In this document: piece after piece, positions 11,456 through 20,218 of the stretch
Position numbering within the stretch: the first letter of the stretch is position 1
How the letters are laid out: each line of letters opens with the position of its first letter
Source: an uncultured Prochlorococcus sp.
GTDB lineage: Bacteria > Cyanobacteriota > Cyanobacteriia > PCC-6307 > Cyanobiaceae
Reading direction: 5' to 3'
Assembly: GCA_964433825.1 (NCBI GenBank)
Contig: CAYSSQ010000001.1
Span: forward strand, 27,112-91,111
Length of the DNA stretch: 64,000 nucleotides
The notes under the pieces: model-generated
The model's input: only the letters and a program-made list of their open reading frames with translations
Databases searched by the model: none
What the model was told of the DNA's origin: nothing
Translations under genes and position numbers: made by a program

Positions 11456-12667
11456 CTACAATTTAAAATTAATATAATTAATTATTTTTTCACTAGCCCC
11501 TCTATCTCCCATTCGAATCATACCTTCTCTAACCTGATTAGCTCTTGCTTTTCTATTTTCTAAGAGAATATATAACTTCTCAACAAGCTTCTTTTTAGTA
11601 TGACAAACCTCCACTCCTCCTCCTAATAGTCTTTGTTGTCTTTTTGCAAAAGATAGTGTAAATTGCGGTCCTTTCCCAGGAAGTGATAAAGATGGTATGC
11701 CTAATCCTATTAGTTGTTCAGTTGCCGTACCAGCATTTGTTAGCCCTACATCTGCAAATTTCACCCATGAACTGAAAGTACCAAAGCCTAATAATAAAGA
11801 TGTTTTGTTTTTCATCCAAATAGATTCTTGTCCGAGAGAAAAAGTCTTATTATTATTTTTATAGAATTTATGATTAATTAAAAGCTTCTCAATTTGATTT
11901 AAGTTCCCATTTAAAGTTAAAGGAAGCAAAATTAAATATTTTTCGTCTTTATTTAATTGATCTAAACAACTTAAAAAAGACTCAAAATTATTCAAAGCTT
12001 CGGGATAGCGACTACCAATTAGTATTAAAATTTTTTTATATTTCTGATCCTCAAAAATATAAATTGTTTCATTATCTATAAAATCCATCATTGGATTTCC
12101 AAAAAATCTTGCATTAATTTTCTTTTTATTTAAATTTTTTGTAGTTAACTTATCTCTCATAATCAATGTTTTGCATCTTATATTCTTCATCATGAAAATC
12201 TCCCATGGATCCCATTCAGATCCTTTTATTTTATGATAAATATCACTCAAACTCGAACCTGGTCCACTACTCCAAGTATGATCACTTTTAGGAGTTCCAA
12301 TAAATCCAAATTCACATCTAGAACTCCATGCAAAAAATAATGGGAGAAAATCACCTATTGCTAGAATTTTGTATTTATCTTTTGCCTTAGACCTTGATAT
12401 TTGCCAATTTTTAAAAACATCATTCAACATTCCAGCCTTTAGATCTGCAATAAAACGAAATAAATTCTGATTACTAAAACCACCACTTGGGAGTACTTTT
12501 AAAAAACCAATTTTCTTAAATTTCCTATCTTTGACTGAATCAAAGATATATCCATCTCCTACAAGCGGTAGGACTTCAATTGTTTTAAATTTTTTATGTA
12601 TTAAAAATCTTTTTATTAATTCTAAAGCTATTACATCTTCGCCATGTCCATTGCATATAATAAGCAA
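11456..12667 (-). CDS. Lipid-A-disaccharide synthase-related glycosyltransferase
   Basis: ICNGHGED, LPLVG, LPSGGFSNQ, GNPMMD and AGTATEQ. Start placed at TTG 12667 because the track's longer start runs through tRNA-Cys. Confidence 0.8.
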   Translation of the reverse strand: MLIICNGHGEDVIALELIKRFLIHKKFKTIEVLPLVGDGYIFDSVKDRKFKKIGFLKVLPSGGFSNQNLFRFIADLKAGMLNDVFKNWQISRSKAKDKYKILAIGDFLPLFFAWSSRCEFGFIGTPKSDHTWSSGPGSSLSDIYHKIKGSEWDPWEIFMMKNIRCKTLIMRDKLTTKNLNKKKINARFFGNPMMDFIDNETIYIFEDQKYKKILILIGSRYPEALNNFESFLSCLDQLNKDEKYLILLPLTLNGNLNQIEKLLINHKFYKNNNKTFSLGQESIWMKNKTSLLLGFGTFSSWVKFADVGLTNAGTATEQLIGLGIPSLSLPGKGPQFTLSFAKRQQRLLGGGVEVCHTKKKLVEKLYILLENRKARANQVREGMIRMGDRGASEKIINYINFKL

Positions 12668-12721
12668 TGAATGGGTCTCTTTACTGATAGGATCATTAAT
12701 TAGATCTTCATATTTTTTATC

Positions 12722-12792
12722 GGCGGCATGGCCAAGTGGTAAGGCAGAGGATTGCAAATCCTTTATCCCCAGTTCGAATCTGGGTGCCGCCT
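12722..12792 (+). tRNA. tRNA-Cys(GCA)
   Basis: GGCGGCATGGCCAAGTGGTAAGGCAGAGGATTGCAAATCCTTTATCCCCAGTTCGAATCTGGGTGCCGCCT folds as a cloverleaf with anticodon GCA; no encoded CCA. Confidence 0.97.
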
Positions 12793-12943
12793 TTTTAAAT
12801 TTTGACAAAAATCTAATTATCTTATGCTCTAAGAAATGAAGTTTTTTATAGCGATTTTTATAATTCAAATTTTTTAAAACTTTATTAATTTTTTAATCTT
12901 TAAATAAGGTGTTTTGTAGGGTTCAAAAATTATAATTAATGAC

Positions 12944-13111
12944 CTAATAATCATTATCAGCAACACAAATTCCCATACATCTAATTCCATTAGAAGCAGT
13001 TCTTAAGCAATGATTACATAGAATGGGATCATCTTTTGTAATTAAGTTAAGAGAATAATCATTCAGTTTAGATTTTTGGAGTACTTTTAATTGCTCTTCA
13101 ACAATTTGCAT
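12944..13111 (-). CDS. Small Cys-rich hypothetical protein (55 aa)
   Basis: ATG at 13111, 1 nt after the upstream stop; C-terminus CNHCLRTASNGIRCMGICVADNDY. Confidence 0.7.
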   Translation of the reverse strand: MQIVEEQLKVLQKSKLNDYSLNLITKDDPILCNHCLRTASNGIRCMGICVADNDY

Positions 13112-13112
13112 C

Positions 13113-13742
13113 TTATGGTTTACTATCTGTATCGATATTAACAATGAGAGAAGTATTTGTGGAGGAAGAAGGTATATCCATTATTTTTACTGTTTCTTTA
13201 GTCCTTTCTCTCTCTTCATTCTCTTTTGTATTTTTATCAACTGAACATGCCTCAAGTGCCTCTCTTAAAAGAGAATCAAAAGTAGCTCCTGGCAATCGGT
13301 GCCTTGCCACTTCTAAGAAAGTCCTTGGTAATGATTCAGAGGCAGCGTCTCTGAGAGCAGGATTATTTCTTCTATGTTCCTGCTCTTCTTCTATCGATTT
13401 AATAAATCTAAGAGTTACATCTCTTTTTGTAGATGCTTTTATTAAAGTATCATTCTCTGGATTTGTAACGTTAGAGTCACTTTCTAAATCATCTAATCTT
13501 TTGACAAGACTACTTAAAACTTCATTAGCCTCTTTACTTATATGAGCTAATTGTCCATCTGACAAATTTGGCAAGTCAGCTACAAAAACCTTACCATGGT
13601 CTCTTAAAGTTAAAAAAGTAGGCCTCGGTCCTTGATTTTGCCTCGAGTTGAAATCTGTTGAGTTTGATGAAGGTCTTTTAGGAGGTGTCGGGCCGGCTGA
13701 ACTACGTCTACGAGTAATTCTCTGATTATTTTCAAAAGGCAT
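13113..13742 (-). CDS. Conserved hypothetical protein
   Basis: 209-aa ORF with Arg/Pro-rich N-terminus and helical core (RPTFLTLRDHGKV...LPRTFLEVARHRLPGATFD). Confidence 0.85.
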   Translation of the reverse strand: MPFENNQRITRRRSSAGPTPPKRPSSNSTDFNSRQNQGPRPTFLTLRDHGKVFVADLPNLSDGQLAHISKEANEVLSSLVKRLDDLESDSNVTNPENDTLIKASTKRDVTLRFIKSIEEEQEHRRNNPALRDAASESLPRTFLEVARHRLPGATFDSLLREALEACSVDKNTKENEERERTKETVKIMDIPSSSTNTSLIVNIDTDSKP

Positions 13743-13864
13743 AAGGATAATTAAATCTAATTAATCAACTGCCGAATATTTCGGTTGTAATTTTTATATT
13801 TTACATCGATACTTTTCATTTGTGTAGAAAAAACTTATTCAAAAGTATCTAAATTACAAAAAAA

Positions 13865-14917
13865 TTAATAATTTAAAATTTCAACTCCCGCAAGAGTTTG
13901 ATTACTATTGAAGTCATTTTTCCGAAGTATCTTGCCTATTTCCCATGATTTTATATTATTTAAATTGCTTATTTGAAAAATTGAATCTTTATATTTATTA
14001 TCGACTACCAAACAAAAACCTACCCCTAAATTAAATGTATTCCACAAATCATAAGTAGGAACTTGGCCTAATTCTTGCAAAAATTTAAAAATATATGGAA
14101 TATCCCAAGATTTAGTATCAATCGAAGGTATAAATTCAGGGCCCATACATCGTGGCAAATTTTCTGGAATTCCTCCCCCAGTAATATGAGCCATTCCATT
14201 TATAGGGATATTTTGAATAAGTAGTTGGTTTATTAAATTAGAGTAAATTTTTGTAGGTTTGAGTAGTTCACTATAGAAGTGTAATTTTGTTAATTCTTTA
14301 AATTTGTTTTCAATCCCTGGATTCATTTTTATTATTTCTCTTACCAAACTAAATCCATTACTATGAATTCCATTACTTTCTAATGCAATTATCACATCAT
14401 CTTCACGTATATTTGCCCCATTTATTAATTTTGCTTCTTCAACAATCCCAACACAAAAACCAGCCAAATCATATTTATTCTTTGAGTAAAAGCCTGGCAT
14501 CTCAGCTGTCTCTCCGCCTAATAAAGAACAATTATTCTCTTTGCAACTTTTTGCAATTCCTTTAATGACCTCTCTCAATTGATTTTTATCAAGTTTTCCA
14601 GTAGCAATATAATCTAAAAAAAATAATGGTTTTGCTCCACAAGTAATAATATCGTTTATACACATTGCTACAAGATCAATTCCCACTGCACTATGAAAAT
14701 CATAATTCTGAGCCAATTCTAATTTAGTACCAACACCATCCGTACCAGACACTAATACAGGATTTTTAAAATCATTTATAGGTAATTTAAATAAACCTCC
14801 AAACCCGCCAAGGCCTTGGATAACATTAGATGAATGAGTATCTTCAACTGTTTTCTTTATATCGTTTATAAATCTCCTTCCTTCTTCTATATCAACACCA
14901 GCTTTTTTGTAATCCAT
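13865..14917 (-). CDS. purM: Phosphoribosylaminoimidazole synthetase
   Basis: YKKAGVDI, GTDGVGTK, GIDLVAM, GGETAEMPG and AHITGGG. Confidence 0.97.
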   Translation of the reverse strand: MDYKKAGVDIEEGRRFINDIKKTVEDTHSSNVIQGLGGFGGLFKLPINDFKNPVLVSGTDGVGTKLELAQNYDFHSAVGIDLVAMCINDIITCGAKPLFFLDYIATGKLDKNQLREVIKGIAKSCKENNCSLLGGETAEMPGFYSKNKYDLAGFCVGIVEEAKLINGANIREDDVIIALESNGIHSNGFSLVREIIKMNPGIENKFKELTKLHFYSELLKPTKIYSNLINQLLIQNIPINGMAHITGGGIPENLPRCMGPEFIPSIDTKSWDIPYIFKFLQELGQVPTYDLWNTFNLGVGFCLVVDNKYKDSIFQISNLNNIKSWEIGKILRKNDFNSNQTLAGVEILNY

Positions 14918-15011
14918 AATAATAAAATGATAAAATTATCTTAAATAGATATTCCTCTTAAAAGAGTTTTTTCCAGTAATTTAAGTTAAATAGATTTATT
15001 TGTAAACCAAA

Positions 15012-16547
15012 GTGAACAAGATTATCATTAAAACATTGAAAGATCTGAAATTGTGGAAAAAAAATTTAAATAATCATATTAACTTTGTTCCTACTATGGG
15101 AAACCTACACAAAGGTCATCTCAACTTAATTAAAGAAGCAAGTACGTATAATTCAAATATTACTCTTGTAAGTATTTTCATTAATCCATTGCAATTTGAA
15201 AATAAAAAAGACTTTACAAACTATCCTCAAAGCATCGACAAAGATATTGAACTTTCATTTCAATCTGGTGCTGACGCTATTTTTATCCCCAATGTACATG
15301 AGATCTTTCCTGAAAAAGATAGTAATATTTGTTACGTAAAAGCCTCAAAAAATTTATCATCAGTTTTATGCGGCATCAAGAGAATTGGACACTTTGATGG
15401 AGTTTGCACAGTAGTTTATAGATTATGCACATTAATAAAGCCTAAATTTATTTTTTTAGGTGAAAAAGATTGGCAGCAATTAATAATTTTAAAAGAAATG
15501 GCTAAGGAAATGAATTTATCAATTAAATTTAAATCTATAGCTACGGTTCGTGATTTTGATGGTGTTCCTTTTAGTTCGCGCAATAATCTTTTGTCTGAAT
15601 CTGAGAGAAATACTTTAAAGTTATTTTCTCAAGAATTGCTCTATATACAAAATCAATTTCAAGGAAATAAGGATTTCGATATAAAAAAAAGTATCTCAAG
15701 AATTAAAAATCTAAATATTTCTCTTGAATATCTTGAATTGGTTAATGCTTATAATTTACAAAAATCAGAATCACAAGAAAATGTCTCCTTATTAGCTGGT
15801 GCATTACTATGTGGAAATACACGTTTAATTGATCATGTTTTACTTATGAAAAGAAAGCCGATTATTGCGATAGATGGTCCCGCAGGTTCAGGAAAAAGCA
15901 CAGTAACAAAATTAATTGCCCAAAAATTAAATCTTTTATATTTAGATACTGGAGCAATGTATCGTTCCTTAAGTTGGTATCTTATCAATAAAAAAATTAA
16001 TTATACAAATAAAAGTGACCTAAAAAAGACTCTACAAAATATATCTATTATCTTTAAGCATAATAATAAATCATTCCAAGATGTATATATTAATAACCAT
16101 TGCATTACCGAAGAAATACGCTCACAAAAAATTAGCTCCATAGTTTCTGAAATAGCAACAATAGATGAGGTCAGAGATTTTTTAGTCAGTGAGCAGAGAA
16201 AAATAGGAATTGAAGGAGGTTTAGTCGCAGAAGGTAGAGATATTGGTACTAAAGTTTTTCCAAATGCAGAATTAAAAATATTCCTTACCGCTAGTATTGA
16301 TGAAAGAGCTAAAAGGAGAAAATTAGAATTAGAAAAGAAAAAAAATATAAAAATTAATTTTGAAGAGTTAAGAGAACAAATTAAAGAAAGAGACTTTAAA
16401 GATTCAACTCGAAGTTTATCACCGTTAAAGAAAGCCCACGATGCTGTAGAAATTAATACTGATGGTTATTCTATTAATGAGATTTGTCAACAGATAACTG
16501 ATCTTTACAGCGATAAGATACCTTCAGAAATAAGAAATTACAAATAA
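15012..16547 (+). CDS. panC/cmk: Bifunctional pantoate--beta-alanine ligase / cytidylate kinase
   Basis: VPTMGNLHKGH, GEKDWQQ and SSRN (PanC), followed by IAIDGPAGSGKST and AEGRDIGT (Cmk). Confidence 0.95.
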   Translation: MNKIIIKTLKDLKLWKKNLNNHINFVPTMGNLHKGHLNLIKEASTYNSNITLVSIFINPLQFENKKDFTNYPQSIDKDIELSFQSGADAIFIPNVHEIFPEKDSNICYVKASKNLSSVLCGIKRIGHFDGVCTVVYRLCTLIKPKFIFLGEKDWQQLIILKEMAKEMNLSIKFKSIATVRDFDGVPFSSRNNLLSESERNTLKLFSQELLYIQNQFQGNKDFDIKKSISRIKNLNISLEYLELVNAYNLQKSESQENVSLLAGALLCGNTRLIDHVLLMKRKPIIAIDGPAGSGKSTVTKLIAQKLNLLYLDTGAMYRSLSWYLINKKINYTNKSDLKKTLQNISIIFKHNNKSFQDVYINNHCITEEIRSQKISSIVSEIATIDEVRDFLVSEQRKIGIEGGLVAEGRDIGTKVFPNAELKIFLTASIDERAKRRKLELEKKKNIKINFEELREQIKERDFKDSTRSLSPLKKAHDAVEINTDGYSINEICQQITDLYSDKIPSEIRNYK

Positions 16548-16557
16548 TGTTTTTAAT

Positions 16558-17031
16558 TTAAAGAATACTTTTTAAAAAACCATTAACCGAGTCTTCTAAA
16601 ATATCTAGAACATAATTAAAACCTTCATCGCCTCCAAAATAAGGATCAGGAACCTCTTTTTCTTTGAAATTAAGGGCAAATTCTTGTAATTTTATAACTT
16701 TTGAAATATCTGAAGTTGATTCACTATTTTTTAATTTCAAAACGTTGATATAGTTTGAATTATCCATAGTCAATATGTAGTTAAACCTATCGAAGTCATC
16801 TTTGTTGATTTGTCTTGCAGTGGATTGAATATGAATATTTCTTTTTTTTGCAGCTGACCTCATCCTCTCATCAGATTTCTTACCTACATGCCAACTACCT
16901 GTACCAGCCGAATCTACAAAAAAATTATCTTGAATTTCTTGATCATTTATAAGCTTCAAAAAAATAGCCTCAGCCGCTGGAGATCTACAAATATTGCCTA
17001 AACATACAAATAGAACTGATATTTTTTTCAT
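16558..17031 (-). CDS. Low molecular weight protein-tyrosine phosphatase
   Basis: VCLGNICRS P-loop, DSAGT and VPDPYFG. Confidence 0.93.
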   Translation of the reverse strand: MKKISVLFVCLGNICRSPAAEAIFLKLINDQEIQDNFFVDSAGTGSWHVGKKSDERMRSAAKKRNIHIQSTARQINKDDFDRFNYILTMDNSNYINVLKLKNSESTSDISKVIKLQEFALNFKEKEVPDPYFGGDEGFNYVLDILEDSVNGFLKSIL

Positions 17032-17058
17032 AAAAACTAGTTTTTCTTTATTATAGTA

Positions 17059-17320
17059 GTGACAATAGACCCTAATGTCTCTGCAGGTTAGCAGAATAAG
17101 GTCTTAGACAAGTCTTAGAAATCTGAGTTGATTAGCAGAATTAATAATGCAGCGCTTTTTTCAACAAATTCTATCTTGTTACCATACCAGTAAAATTATT
17201 CTACTGATATCAGACGCACATTAACGAATCTTTTAAAATATGACCTCCAAAAGATCAGGCAGCCTAGAACATAGAAAATACAATATTTAAAAGGAGATTT
17301 CAGGTATAGGGGTCACATGG
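17059..17320. other. Unexplained spacer with coding-like composition (possible gene remnant or ncRNA)
   Basis: About 33% GC by hand count over 17041-17320, versus about 11% in the 10381-10500 spacer; no long ORF; short direct repeats. Confidence 0.3.
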
Positions 17321-17328
17321 AGATAAAA

Positions 17329-18090
17329 CTAACCCGCGAATAATACATCATTAATTAACTCCTCAGTAAATTCTTTTCCAAACAAATTGATTAGCATAGG
17401 TTTAGCTGGATCTTTTTGTTTTCTATATTGCAAGTAAACTTTTTGACCAAGATCAATATCATTCTGTAAATTTGTTTCGACTTGAATACTATTAAATAAG
17501 ATTTTTAAATATAAATTTAAATATTCAGTAAAAGAATTATAAATTTGCCCTGCAATCAAATTTTCGCTTTGGCTAGTTTTTGGTAGTTTAGACCAAATTA
17601 GACCAGGAGAAAAAAACTTCTCAACTTCACTAGACATTTTTTCAGCCTTTGGCACAATTAAATGACACTTATTTTTCAAATCTATAATTTGGGTTAACAA
17701 ATTGCTATCAAATTGTTTTTCTAAAGATAGGGATGGTTGAAAATCTAAAACTAGTAAATGCAGATGAGGGAGAGTGACAAAATCAACACCAAAAAAAGGG
17801 ATATTGTAAAGACTATTAGGTATTATTAGAAAATTCAATACAGAATAACCTGGACTGTTTATACATACAGCCCTTGCAAGTTTCATCCTCTTATTATGAA
17901 CACTCCAATTAAAAAGTTGCACATTATTTTTAGATTTTTTTGGCCCATACGTTGATTCTTTAAAAATATATTTAGATGGCAAATTATTTTCAATAGAATC
18001 ATAATCGCTTAATTTAGCAACAATATACTTTAAAAATTTGGACCATCTCCAATTCCCTTCATAAAAAATTGTATTCTTAATATTTTTCAT
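17329..18090 (-). CDS. pebB: Phycoerythrobilin:ferredoxin oxidoreductase
   Basis: FDBR family: [28 protein letters not shown] and KDPA; downstream of pebA. Confidence 0.88.
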   Translation of the reverse strand: MKNIKNTIFYEGNWRWSKFLKYIVAKLSDYDSIENNLPSKYIFKESTYGPKKSKNNVQLFNWSVHNKRMKLARAVCINSPGYSVLNFLIIPNSLYNIPFFGVDFVTLPHLHLLVLDFQPSLSLEKQFDSNLLTQIIDLKNKCHLIVPKAEKMSSEVEKFFSPGLIWSKLPKTSQSENLIAGQIYNSFTEYLNLYLKILFNSIQVETNLQNDIDLGQKVYLQYRKQKDPAKPMLINLFGKEFTEELINDVLFAG

Positions 18091-18102
18091 TTAGTAACGC
18101 CT

Positions 18103-18798
18103 TCAACTAAGAGTAAATAAGTAATTCTTTATAAAATCTCTTGTCCATATATCTCCAAAAAAAGATCTAAACAATTTTTCGGCAGGATCTCTTTCAGAAC
18201 TATAAATATCATAGTCAATATGACTCTGCTTTATCTGCTCAAAGTTAAGAAATTGATTTTTGTTATTTTTTTCATTCATATCAAGATATTCATCTAAGAA
18301 CAGACTAAATATATTTGGAAGATCTATTTCAAGATGAGATATACCACCTCTACAAATAATTACCCATGGAGAAAAATATTGATTTTCATCATAAATATTT
18401 TTCATTTTTGTATTATCAAATTCTGAAAATCGATTCTTTATCATTTTTAAACGAGAACAATATTTTCTTAAATAAGCTTTCTCCTGTATGAGTGGTTGAA
18501 AATCTAAAACTGTAAGTAATTTTTGAGATTTGCCAAACCAAAGTATATCTACCCCTAATATAGGTATTTCATTTTTGAAGCTTGGATAAGCAACAGTATT
18601 AAATACTTGCAGTTTGTCTCCCCCATCTAATTTAGTAATGCGCCATTTTCTAAAGTCTGGCAATTCAAATAACCAGTTACTAATAAAACTTTTTGAATCT
18701 CTAGAGTAATACTTAGATAAATTATTAGATAATTGAACTTCAATACCCTCTTTTGTTTTTATATTGTTAACCAAAACATCAAATAATGATTCAAACAT
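18103..18798 (-). CDS. pebA: 15,16-dihydrobiliverdin:ferredoxin oxidoreductase
   Basis: [39 protein letters not shown] and ERDPA. Confidence 0.9.
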   Translation of the reverse strand: MFESLFDVLVNNIKTKEGIEVQLSNNLSKYYSRDSKSFISNWLFELPDFRKWRITKLDGGDKLQVFNTVAYPSFKNEIPILGVDILWFGKSQKLLTVLDFQPLIQEKAYLRKYCSRLKMIKNRFSEFDNTKMKNIYDENQYFSPWVIICRGGISHLEIDLPNIFSLFLDEYLDMNEKNNKNQFLNFEQIKQSHIDYDIYSSERDPAEKLFRSFFGDIWTRDFIKNYLFTLS

Positions 18799-18803
18799 AT
18801 TAA

Positions 18804-19514
18804 TTAAGTTTCAGTACTACCCTTCCTTACTTTTTTAGTAATAAAATTAAACACTATCTTGCCCAACACAGCAATCAAATTCCCTTCTAATTCTTTAAAC
18901 ATTTTCATATTATAAGAAAATGCCTCATTAGCTTCCTCAATTATTTGATCTGCAATATTTTGATCAATAGGGAGTGAATTCAAAACTTTAGAATATGATT
19001 CTTTAAATTTCTTTTCATCATCAATCATATTGAAATCATAGAAATTTAAGCCATTGTTATCTTGCAAATTTAACGCTTTTTTTGCTATCTTTTTGAGAAT
19101 TTGGCCCCCTGATAAATCGCCAATATATCTTGTGTAGTGGTGTCCAACAAGCAATTCTGGAGTTTCTTTAGCAACTTTACGAATTCTATCTACGTAGGAC
19201 TGAGCCGAGTTAGATATTTTTATTTCATTTCTCCATCCATCCCCATAATAAAATTTCAAATCATTTTCCAAGGTTTGTTTTCTAAATAATTCTTTAAAAC
19301 CAATTGGTTTAATAACTGGATGATCAGCTTGTGTCAATATTTCTATTTCTTCTTCCATAGCCTGATAAACAAAGTATAAATCGCTGATTAACTTTCTATA
19401 AGAAGTTTTCTCAACAACACCTTTAAGAAAACAAGCAACAAAGCCTGTATTTTCTGCCATTGTATGGGATTTTTTTGTTCCTTCTCTTAGTTGTCCTGCA
19501 AGAGCTACTGACAT
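18804..19514 (-). CDS. ho1: Heme oxygenase (biliverdin-producing)
   Basis: [17 protein letters not shown] and [16 protein letters not shown]. Confidence 0.95.
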   Translation of the reverse strand: MSVALAGQLREGTKKSHTMAENTGFVACFLKGVVEKTSYRKLISDLYFVYQAMEEEIEILTQADHPVIKPIGFKELFRKQTLENDLKFYYGDGWRNEIKISNSAQSYVDRIRKVAKETPELLVGHHYTRYIGDLSGGQILKKIAKKALNLQDNNGLNFYDFNMIDDEKKFKESYSKVLNSLPIDQNIADQIIEEANEAFSYNMKMFKELEGNLIAVLGKIVFNFITKKVRKGSTET

Positions 19515-19574
19515 GTATAAACTTTTATTTAATTTAAATATACATTTAATTTACAAAGAAAATACAAAAAATAT

Positions 19575-20006
19575 CTATTTTTTGTTACCTATAGATGTTG
19601 TAGAGAATAACTTATAAAGTTCTTTACAGACTAGAAAAAGATTATCTTTTTGAGCTTTCTGAGGTAAGTGTGTTCCTGTCATTTCCCATTTTCCTACAGT
19701 CGCAACCATCCATCTCTCTTGTGGAATAAGAGTCCCTTTCATTATTATTCCTAAAAGTTTTGGATCTTGATTTTCACTATTATTTTCAATACTAAGTTGT
19801 AATAATATAGCCCTGCACTCTAAGTTTGGACTCCAACCAGGAAAGTAAAAATAAAAATCAATAGAATCACATAAATTATTATCTTTTGAATTATCCCATG
19901 GACTAAAGCTTACTTTTGCTTCTGGAAAATATTTACGAAATAGAACTGCTGTTGAAGCAATTTTGTTGGCTATATAGAAATTACTAACAATCGAACTTGC
20001 ATTCAT
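19575..20006 (-). CDS. Conserved hypothetical protein
   Basis: 143-aa ORF (IDFYFYFPGWSPNLECRAILLQL), co-oriented upstream of ho1. Confidence 0.75.
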   Translation of the reverse strand: MNASSIVSNFYIANKIASTAVLFRKYFPEAKVSFSPWDNSKDNNLCDSIDFYFYFPGWSPNLECRAILLQLSIENNSENQDPKLLGIIMKGTLIPQERWMVATVGKWEMTGTHLPQKAQKDNLFLVCKELYKLFSTTSIGNKK

Positions 20007-20218
20007 AATGATTAACTCTATTGGATTGAAAATGACATAACTTTTAAATTCTTGCTAATTTTTATTTTTTTCTTTTAATAAAAATGAGGAAACGAACATT
20101 ATTTAAATCAAAATATTTATATTTAGATAATTACTTTTTATTTTCAAAGTGTTTTATTCTCTAGAATTGAATAAGTGAAAAACTAATCACGTATTAATTA
20201 TTTATGTTTTGATAAATT

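Noticed and set aside
12668-12868. N-terminal extension of the 470-aa ORF running antisense through tRNA-Cys
   Set aside because: Family motifs begin at LIICNGHGED and an in-frame TTG lies at 12667; the open frame across the tRNA is most simply chance.
12793-12943. Possible integration island at tRNA-Cys (also checked at tRNA-Arg)
   Set aside because: No integrase, no duplicated tRNA 3' end seen, and the flanks are core-like genes.
20175-20190. GTGA-N8-TCAC upstream of icd as an NtcA/CRP site
   Set aside because: Spacing fits neither GTA-N8-TAC nor TGTGA-N6-TCACA; 4-bp arms arise by chance.
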